Virus record (IMG/VR): IMGVR_UViG_3300011337_000588
Coordinates: 1 to 34,300 of that record
Source: a virus
Taxonomy: Duplodnaviria; Caudoviricetes
Reading direction: 5' to 3' (one strand)
DNA: 34,300 nt
The notes below the pieces were generated by a model. The model ran no database searches. It saw only the letters and a program-made list of their open reading frames with translations, and was not told the origin of the DNA. A program made the position numbers and the translations under genes. Of the stretch, positions 1 to 5,719 are shown in pieces (position 1 is the stretch's first letter; every line of letters begins with the position of its first letter).

Positions 1-121
1 ATTTTCGTACCGCTGTAGTGATCGGAATGCCGGTGTTGTACGATTTATCTACGACGGCCACCTTGAGATACTCGGGTAGATTCGTTACGACTTGCGGCCT
101 GCTGGTGTAATGCCTTGCCAT
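1..121 (-). CDS. Partial small protein, possible ribbon-helix-helix (Arc/CopG-like) DNA-binding protein; runs off the window edge
   Basis: Not in the ORF track. Minus strand reads AAAGGA-N9-ATG(121), then MARHYTSRPQVVTNLPEYLKVAVVDKSYNTGIPITTAVRK...; the strand-LP-helix-G-helix pattern resembles RHH proteins. Confidence 0.4.
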   Translation of the reverse strand, partial: MARHYTSRPQVVTNLPEYLKVAVVDKSYNTGIPITTAVRK

Positions 122-138
122 TTTCGGGAGTCCTTTCA

Positions 139-591
139 ATGCTAAAAATTGACCGTGATCCTCAAAATCTATGCCCTTGGTTTGCTGAACGTTTTTCCAA
201 TGCCCTTGCGGAATGCCAATCCCTTGGTTTCCGGGTATCTCTTTTCGAAGGCTACAGATCGCCCGAGAGGCAACAGGAACTTTACAATCAGGGCCGGGTA
301 ACGCGGGGTAAGATCGTTACTTATGCAAGACCCTTTCAATCGTGGCATCAATTTGGCCTCGCCGCTGACATCGCGTATCGCACCCCGGACGGTCAGTGGA
401 CATGGGACGGGGATTTCATCCGACTCGCCCCGATATTTCAAAGTCACGGTCTGCAATGGTACGGCCCCGGTGATGCAGGCCATTACGAGTGCCCGGCCTC
501 GTCCCTCCAGTCCGCCAAAACCTTGCTCGATTCTGTTGGACTTGAGGGAGTTTGGTCGGACGCTCTTAAAAGGGAATCTCATCGAGTGTAG
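139..591 (+). CDS. M15-family (L-Ala-D-Glu-type) peptidase, probable endolysin
   Basis: Motifs EGYRSPERQQELYNQGR, SWHQFGLAADI (SxHxxGxAxD) and DAGHYE. GGGAG RBS precedes ATG at 139. Confidence 0.85.
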   Translation: MLKIDRDPQNLCPWFAERFSNALAECQSLGFRVSLFEGYRSPERQQELYNQGRVTRGKIVTYARPFQSWHQFGLAADIAYRTPDGQWTWDGDFIRLAPIFQSHGLQWYGPGDAGHYECPASSLQSAKTLLDSVGLEGVWSDALKRESHRV

Positions 592-946
592 CGGTCTGAT
601 CGCGAATAGCGGCAGACGGGTCCCCCAATGATCCTCTAGCGTCTTTTTTGTCGGTGCCGGATTCAGTTATCCCAAGTTTAAGAGCGATTTTGTCCCAAAC
701 AACGCTCTGCTTTTCACTGATTCGGCCAGAAATATTGAATTGTTCAATTAAACTGTGAAGAAAATTTTGTTCCCATGGCGTGGGATTCAAAGTTAAAGCC
801 TGTTCAGCGGTCGAGACACTAAAGCTCGCCAAGACATCATCATGCCAAGAGACATGAGACAGAGTATCGATATCGATTGTGCGGCCAGTGTAACTTGCCC
901 CGTCAATGGACCAAACGCCTTTAATGCGGTGTGTACGATTTTTCAT
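566..946 (-). CDS. Hypothetical phage protein with a WExxF...SxKQ motif and an SSB-like acidic tail (LDEIPF)
   Basis: TGGAGGGC RBS before ATG at 946; own putative promoter. Confidence 0.7.
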   Translation of the reverse strand: MKNRTHRIKGVWSIDGASYTGRTIDIDTLSHVSWHDDVLASFSVSTAEQALTLNPTPWEQNFLHSLIEQFNISGRISEKQSVVWDKIALKLGITESGTDKKDARGSLGDPSAAIRDQTATLDEIPF

Positions 947-973
947 GTTGCCCTCCATTTGCTGTTCAAAAGC

Positions 974-1001
974 AATATACACGGGTGATCGAAAAGCACA
1001 A
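974..1001 (-). promoter_or_regulatory. Putative sigma70 promoter for the 946..566 gene
   Basis: TTGTGC-N16-TATATT on the minus strand. Confidence 0.4.
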
Positions 1002-1019
1002 TAGATATTTGAATGATAC

Positions 1020-1048
1020 TTGTAATTTTGTTATCGGCGTGAAATAAT
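1020..1048 (+). promoter_or_regulatory. Putative sigma70 promoter of the sRNA
   Basis: TTGTAA(1020-1025)-N17-AATAAT(1043-1048), with extended -10 TG at 1040-1041. Confidence 0.6.
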
Positions 1049-1052
1049 TAAG

Positions 1053-1120
1053 GTCTTCTGTCGCCCTCCAAGCCAAGAAGGCAATGCCCCGATAGGAAAC
1101 TATTGGGGTGTTGTTTTTTT
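1053..1120 (+). ncRNA. Candidate trans-acting anti-Shine-Dalgarno sRNA (two hairpins)
   Basis: Stem GUCUUCU/AGAAGGC encloses a 16-nt loop containing GCCCUCCAAG, complementary to the early-gene RBS. Followed by a GAAA-loop terminator and U7; no ORF. Confidence 0.7.
1082..1120 (+). terminator. Intrinsic terminator of the sRNA
   Basis: CAATGCCCCGATAG-GAAA-CTATTGGGGTGTTG-T7; the G-U pairs work only on the + strand. Confidence 0.8.
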
Positions 1121-1134
1121 AAGCAAACAACAAA

Positions 1135-1314
1135 CTAACTGTTGGGATTATCGAGGTGCCTGCGAAAGTCGCCAAGACGTTCGGCGAATTCTTTCTTCCT
1201 CAACTTGTCGGCAATTTTGCGAGCGGCCTTGCGCTCTCGTTGGTCAAGTTTAAGACGCTTTGTTTTAGTTTTTACTTCCAAGTGAAGTCTCTCTCTAAAA
1301 TTAAGTAATGTCAT
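1135..1314 (-). CDS. Small Lys/Arg-rich hypothetical protein (start uncertain: ATG 1314 or TTG 1428)
   Basis: Helical basic C-terminus KRLKLDQRERKAARKIADKLRKKEFAER; weak RBS. Confidence 0.45.
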   Translation of the reverse strand: MTLLNFRERLHLEVKTKTKRLKLDQRERKAARKIADKLRKKEFAERLGDFRRHLDNPNS

Positions 1315-1386
1315 GACATACACCAGCAAGCCAAATATTGATATACCTTGCGGCCCCCGGTCTTTTATTTTATCCTCCCAATTATT

Positions 1387-1930
1387 GGAGTGGACCGCCG
1401 ACTCCTGCGACAAGAATATCGCGAACAATCGGCTCTAGTCCGGGGAAATTTCTGCCCGGTAATCAAGTCAGGCTGCCAACAGCCCCGGACCAGTAGTGTG
1501 ATTAGGATGCCAGTCCGATGTGAGCAACGGGGTAATCTATTAGTAAACCACCTCATGCCCTTCGGATGCTCCAAAGTTACACTGTAAATTTCTGTGCGAG
1601 TGTCTTGAGCGTAAGGGATACAGCATGGGTCGTGAGGTAATGGCTCACGAGTACCGATGCGGCCGTACTTAATTAGATTGCTACGGAATCCAACACGCGA
1701 GCGGTGGAGCAATGTTCCACTACAGTCGGAGTTTTACTCAGTACTACGAAGTGCCGAGCCTTGTGGCCGACAGTATCCCAAGCTCAAGAGACAAGAGCAG
1801 ATCTGGTGTGTCTTTACATGATGTCATGTTTAATCATGGCTCCCGTTGGTCGCTGGAAGGTTCTTCTACAGTAGACTGAGTATGTGTAAAGGCAGCAAGG
1901 CTATCAGTCAGGCCCCGGCCCCCCAAGGCG
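1387..1930. ncRNA. Candidate large structured RNA (or structured ssDNA element)
   Basis: Many perfect helices including long-range ones (1603-1610/1782-1789, 1615-1621/1773-1779, 1438-1445/1483-1490, 1630-1636/1644-1650); no convincing ORF. Confidence 0.45.
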
Positions 1931-1988
1931 GTTATGCTTGTGATGATGGTTAGGGGTTCTATTGCTAAAATATAATAGGGGGGTAAAC

Positions 1989-2444
1989 GTGAAAGATTAC
2001 TTCGTAGGGGTGGACCCCGGTAAGTCAGGCGGAATTGTCGTCTTGGATCATCAGGGAACTATTGTTGCGGCCTGTACGATGCCCGATCATGTTGGGGGAT
2101 TGATTGCAGTCGCTCGGCTCTATCAGAAGGCTCACTGGACAATTGAGAAGGTCGGTCCGGTATTTATGTCGTCGGCTAAGAGTGCTTTCACGTTCGGCTA
2201 TGGTGCCGGTCAGATTGAGGGAGTGCTGTCGGCTTTGGATATCAAGTTTGCCATGGTTCCACCAAAGAATTGGCAGAAGGCAATGCTCGAAGGGGTAGCG
2301 GGGGAATTACCACCAAAGGAGCGGGCATACCGATCGGCTTACCGTCTGTTTCCGGGGTTCCGGTGGCCGGTAGTAGGCAAGAAAGCCCATGACGGGATTG
2401 TGGACGCTGCCTTGATTGCAGCCTATGCCCTTAAAGGAGCGTAG
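1989..2444 (+). CDS. ruvC: RuvC-like Holliday junction resolvase
   Basis: VGVDPGKSGG, TIEKV, SAFTFGYGAG, VPPKNWQK and HDGIVDAALIA motifs; GTG start after GGGGG. Confidence 0.85.
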   Translation: MKDYFVGVDPGKSGGIVVLDHQGTIVAACTMPDHVGGLIAVARLYQKAHWTIEKVGPVFMSSAKSAFTFGYGAGQIEGVLSALDIKFAMVPPKNWQKAMLEGVAGELPPKERAYRSAYRLFPGFRWPVVGKKAHDGIVDAALIAAYALKGA

Positions 2445-2488
2445 AAGCCCCCACAGTGGCCGGGACAGCCACCGGGGGTATCTGGGTA

Positions 2489-2716
2489 TCATATGTTCAT
2501 CATGGGGGATTTACGGGCATCCAAGATCAACTTGATGGCTGACTTCAGGTCGATGTCCTCGATAAGACCGTATGGGTCGAGGTTACGCCTGCGGTTGGAG
2601 AATTGCCGGTCAAGGGTTGCCGCTAACATCTCAGCAGCTTCTACGATATCGGGAAGGGTGTCCTCAATCAGTGTAACCATGTCTGCCACCGTTTTCTGTG
2701 TATGATAATTGAGCAT
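2489..2716 (-). CDS. Hypothetical protein
   Basis: Start overlaps the stop of the upstream gene (TAATG). Confidence 0.6.
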   Translation of the reverse strand: MLNYHTQKTVADMVTLIEDTLPDIVEAAEMLAATLDRQFSNRRRNLDPYGLIEDIDLKSAIKLILDARKSPMMNI

Positions 2717-2895
2717 TAGTGTGTCGCTTCCGGGAAAAGAGTATACGCAAGATCGTCTGATATGAAGTGCCTGCCTGTTGGATCTTCACCAAAAAAGTGA
2801 CACGCAAGTTGGAAACGATCGTAGAACGTGTATGCGCTTGAATCCTCTCTCCAGATATACTCTCCACCCTCTGTCCTGATAGTAACTGAAACCAT
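2716..2895 (-). CDS. Small early-gene hypothetical protein
   Basis: Shared GCCTTGGAGGGC RBS before ATG 2895. Confidence 0.7.
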   Translation of the reverse strand: MVSVTIRTEGGEYIWREDSSAYTFYDRFQLACHFFGEDPTGRHFISDDLAYTLFPEATH

Positions 2896-2901
2896 TGTTT
2901 T

Positions 2902-2963
2902 GCCCTCCAAGGCTGTTATTTGCTGACATTGATTATAGTATTTGAATAGATATTAGGTGTCAA
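2902..2963 (-). promoter_or_regulatory. Early cassette promoter plus shared RBS leader
   Basis: TTGACA(2963-2958)-N17-TACTAT(2940-2935); GCCTTGGAGGGC at 2913-2902. Confidence 0.8.
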
Positions 2964-3147
2964 TGCCTGATTTGCGGTCGAAAGTCATAAATGAGAACCA
3001 TGAAGAACCCATGTAAAAATCATACTTAAGGATTCCCCATGCCTGTCGTTTCTCGCACCAGTTTAGAGAAAACTCGCCATCAGGATCGGCGTGTAAACGA
3101 GCCAAGCGATTAAATTCTAAAAGGATTGCTAACGATGGTGTAAGCAC
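2953..3147 (-). CDS. Small early-gene hypothetical protein
   Basis: GCCTTGGAGGGA RBS before GTG 3147. Confidence 0.65.
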   Translation of the reverse strand: MLTPSLAILLEFNRLARLHADPDGEFSLNWCEKRQAWGILKYDFYMGSSWFSFMTFDRKSGIDT

Positions 3148-3151
3148 GTTT

Positions 3152-3214
3152 CCCTCCAAGGCGTGCCGTTATTGGCTTGCGTCAATTACTATTTGAATAT
3201 AATATGCATGTCAA
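3152..3214 (-). promoter_or_regulatory. Early cassette promoter plus shared RBS leader
   Basis: TTGACA(3214-3209)-N17-TAGTAA; hairpin GCC-AATAAC-GGC; GCCTTGGAGGG at 3162-3152. Confidence 0.8.
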
Positions 3215-3235
3215 CAAATAATTTGGCGACAGGGT

Positions 3236-3260
3236 AAAAAAAAAGCCCCGGATGGGGCTT
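3236..3260 (-). terminator. Intrinsic terminator after ardC
   Basis: AAGCCCC-ATCC-GGGGCTT followed by a T-tract on the minus strand. Confidence 0.8.
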
Positions 3261-3265
3261 GGTGA

Positions 3266-4129
3266 CTAACCGGCAAGGCATCCATCTTTGGGGACCCTTT
3301 GCAGGGATACAAGTAACTCGCAGGCTTTTTGTGCCGCCGATGCTACCGATACCAAAGCCCTGCTATCTTTCTTGGCAGCGGCAAGCCATGACGACAGGTA
3401 AGCAGCAGAGTTTTTCATGGAATGAAATTCGGTGTTGGTCGCAGCGGCAAAGAAACAAGTAGCAAGCTCTGCGGTAAGCTCCTCAATAGCGTAGGCATGG
3501 GAACCAAAGCGGTTACCGAAGTCACGTTTTAAGCGTGATTCGTGACCTGTCCAGTGTGACGCTTCATGCACTAGGGTACTGAAATAGGCGGAATGACTAA
3601 CGAATGATGACGGGAGAGGTAAAGTCACAGCGTCAAAGCCGGGAGAGTAGTATGCTGTCGCGGTATCGGCGTGCGTTAGTTTCATGCCCTCAAAAAAGAA
3701 ACCGGGTTTAATCGGGCAAAGGGTAGTCGGCTCGATCACGTCCGGGGTATCGCAGGCGAGGGTAGTTTGATCAATGTTGAACACGGTATAGTAGCGGGCC
3801 ATGATAGACTTCTTATCCTCGCCCGCATCATTCTCGTATTCGTTGATCTTAAAGAAAATAATCGGGGTACCCTTGGAACCGGGAAGGACAGAGCCACCTT
3901 CAGCGGCAATTTGCTTGAACGTGCCCCAGAGGGGCGAACGAAAGCCCATTTTCGAGCGTTGGAAGGATAGGACAAGGTTATTGATCCCGTTGTAAGCACG
4001 TCCCGACAGGTTGACGGGCTTGCCGGATGCCCGAGCTGACTCGACAAGGTAATGTTCCCACTGGCCTGCACCTGATTCGAGAATCTCAATGATCTGCTTG
4101 GTAACGATCTCATATACGTCGATCTTCAT
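3266..4129 (-). CDS. ardC: ArdC-family antirestriction / ssDNA-binding protein
   Basis: N-terminal motifs YNGIN, WGTFKQ, GxKG and YYTVFNIDQ; C-terminal metallopeptidase-like HEASHWTGHESRLKR...YAIEELTAEL. Confidence 0.9.
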   Translation of the reverse strand: MKIDVYEIVTKQIIEILESGAGQWEHYLVESARASGKPVNLSGRAYNGINNLVLSFQRSKMGFRSPLWGTFKQIAAEGGSVLPGSKGTPIIFFKINEYENDAGEDKKSIMARYYTVFNIDQTTLACDTPDVIEPTTLCPIKPGFFFEGMKLTHADTATAYYSPGFDAVTLPLPSSFVSHSAYFSTLVHEASHWTGHESRLKRDFGNRFGSHAYAIEELTAELATCFFAAATNTEFHSMKNSAAYLSSWLAAAKKDSRALVSVASAAQKACELLVSLQRVPKDGCLAG

Positions 4130-4134
4130 TGTTT

Positions 4135-4194
4135 GCCCTCCAAGGCTGCCGTTAGTGGCAAGTAATTAGTATTTAATTGTGATAAGAGTGTCAA
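4135..4194 (-). promoter_or_regulatory. Early cassette promoter plus shared RBS leader (ardC)
   Basis: TTGACA(4194-4189)-N17-TACTAA; hairpin TGCC-ACTAAC-GGCA; GCCTTGGAGGGC at 4146-4135. Confidence 0.8.
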
Positions 4195-4208
4195 GGGGAA
4201 AAGTAGGC

Positions 4209-4233
4209 AAAAAAAAGCCCCCGAGAGGGGGGG
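4209..4233 (-). terminator. Intrinsic terminator
   Basis: CCCCC-TCTC-GGGGG-C-T8 on the minus strand. Confidence 0.75.
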
Positions 4234-4240
4234 ATGGTGG

Positions 4241-4474
4241 TTAGTCGCGAACAAAGAGCCATTGTCCTTTAACTAGAACGTAACAGCTACCGCTGTTGCC
4301 ATAAATGCAACAGTAAACGCGGTACTTTCGTTTATTGCCGTTGAAAATTAACATGTGGTCGGTCGGGACTTTCATGCCGTAACCCATTTTTGATTGTCCG
4401 CGTCGCCAAGGCGTGATGATGGGATTTTTGATCAAAGTGTAATTCTCGGCGTAAGTAATGAGTGTGTTGGTCAC
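4241..4474 (-). CDS. Small early-gene hypothetical protein (GYGxKxPT...YRVYCxxYxNSG)
   Basis: Shared RBS before GTG 4474; flanked by a promoter and a terminator. Confidence 0.75.
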   Translation of the reverse strand: MTNTLITYAENYTLIKNPIITPWRRGQSKMGYGMKVPTDHMLIFNGNKRKYRVYCCIYGNSGSCYVLVKGQWLFVRD

Positions 4475-4479
4475 AGTTT

Positions 4480-4542
4480 GCCCTCCAAGGCGTGTCACTA
4501 ATTGACGAACTAATTAGTAATTAAATATCCATTGGGTGTCAA
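4480..4542 (-). promoter_or_regulatory. Early cassette promoter plus shared RBS leader
   Basis: TTGACA(4542-4537)-N17-TACTAA; hairpin GTCA-ATTAG-TGAC; GCCTTGGAGGGC at 4491-4480. Confidence 0.8.
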
Positions 4543-4644
4543 CAAGAAAAAGCGGGCAAGTGAAAATATTGGGACATATATACTTAATTAATATATACTA
4601 TCAAAATAGGGTAATGAAATTAGAGAGTTAGAGGTGTACCACAG

Positions 4645-4914
4645 ATGATGTTACCAATTCTAGCGATTTTTGTCGTGTTTAGCTTAATTTCTTGTTGCTT
4701 TCTATCAGGGATTGTGTGTTGGGATTTAGTTGAGAGGCGAAAGGTGGGCATCTTGCTCGCGGATGCCCGGGCTGAAATGAACGCGATCGCGCTTGCTAGT
4801 AATGAGAATAGTCAATCACTTTCGGTAGCCGTTGGGGAATTGCAAGAGCGTGTGCAGTCTCACGAGCTGCGACTATCGGGTGGCATCAGCAAGTCTGCCG
4901 TAATACGCCAATGA
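4645..4914 (+). CDS. Small membrane protein (N-terminal TM helix plus coiled coil)
   Basis: GAGGTG RBS; hydrophobic first ~27 aa. Confidence 0.65.
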   Translation: MMLPILAIFVVFSLISCCFLSGIVCWDLVERRKVGILLADARAEMNAIALASNENSQSLSVAVGELQERVQSHELRLSGGISKSAVIRQ

Positions 4915-4999
4915 AGGCCTCAAACGTCGATTCTGAGAGCCTTAACCGCATGGCAAGGGGATAGCCTAGGCAAGGCCCTTTTGTGCGTTTATAAAGGTG

Positions 5000-5029
5000 T
5001 TGACATATAGTATTTAAATGTGATATGAT
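5000..5029 (+). promoter_or_regulatory. Promoter of the packaging/structural operon
   Basis: TTGACA-N18-TATGAT with TG extension. Confidence 0.65.
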
Positions 5030-5062
5030 TAGGATTTGTTGTTTTACTCGGGGGGTGATTGC

Positions 5063-5719
5063 TTGGCAAAAAAGGGATGGCGGGGTGATCCGGCGAACAT
5101 AGGCAAGGGTCGGTTTAGCCAAGAATACCGTGATCAAAAGATTACGGTGAAGCGAGAGTTTGTTACCGCACTAGCTAACCTTGCGCATATGAACGTGGGA
5201 CAGATAGGTGCGGTAGCACAGAGCGAGGAATTACCAGCCCTACAGGTGTTGATGGGGAGGATCGTCCTCGACGCTATCGAGGGTGATAGTCACGCTCGGA
5301 CCATCTTGCTTGACCGCTTGTTCGGCAAGGTTGCGGATGCCGTCGACGTATCGCATAGCCTTGAGATGGATTCAGACTTGATGGGCGTGCCTGTCGATCA
5401 ACTAGTAGCAATCTTAGAATTACAACAGGGAGGCGGCAGGAGTGACGTATCACAGGAACATGACAAACGAAGAGCGTATGGCTTACCGGGAGAACCAGCT
5501 CAAGAACCCCAAGCCGGGGGAGTACCTACTAGGCTACGTGATCCCGCCACCGCACCTGAGAGGCCCGGAAGTGGGGACACCTGTGGACAACTCGGCTCTG
5601 ATGGCCAAGATCATCACGGGGGGGACGGGGGATATAAAGTCGCACCTATGGAAGTTAGGGACTCTCTATTGGAAGTTGGATTCGTTGCAGCAAAATATAA
5701 GGGAGACGCTCTTAAGTAA
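5063..5719 (+). CDS. Probable terminase small subunit (3' part overlaps terL)
   Basis: Lies before terL; GGGGGTG RBS then TTG; helical motifs AIEGDxxA and LLDRLFGK. Confidence 0.6.
   Translation: MAKKGWRGDPANIGKGRFSQEYRDQKITVKREFVTALANLAHMNVGQIGAVAQSEELPALQVLMGRIVLDAIEGDSHARTILLDRLFGKVADAVDVSHSLEMDSDLMGVPVDQLVAILELQQGGGRSDVSQEHDKRRAYGLPGEPAQEPQAGGVPTRLRDPATAPERPGSGDTCGQLGSDGQDHHGGDGGYKVAPMEVRDSLLEVGFVAAKYKGDALK

Noticed and set aside
1135-1440. Stop-codon reassignment extending the basic ORF through TAG at 1435-1437
   Set aside because: TAG, TGA and TAA all terminate clear genes elsewhere, and coding density is high under the standard code.
1348-1712. ORFs 1348..1587(+) and 1365..1712(-)
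   Set aside because: TTG starts without an RBS and non-protein-like composition; better explained by the structured element.
1810-1920. Group I intron core (TA-GACTGA 1872-1879 / TCAGTC-A 1904-1910 looks like P7)
   Set aside because: No convincing P4-P6 or P8 domain, no interrupted gene, and a competing pairing with 1735-1747. Kept only as part of the structured region.
950-4491. GCCCTCCAAGGC repeats as a CRISPR array or integron attC sites
   Set aside because: Only about 12 nt, irregularly spaced, positioned as RBSs; no cas or integrase gene.
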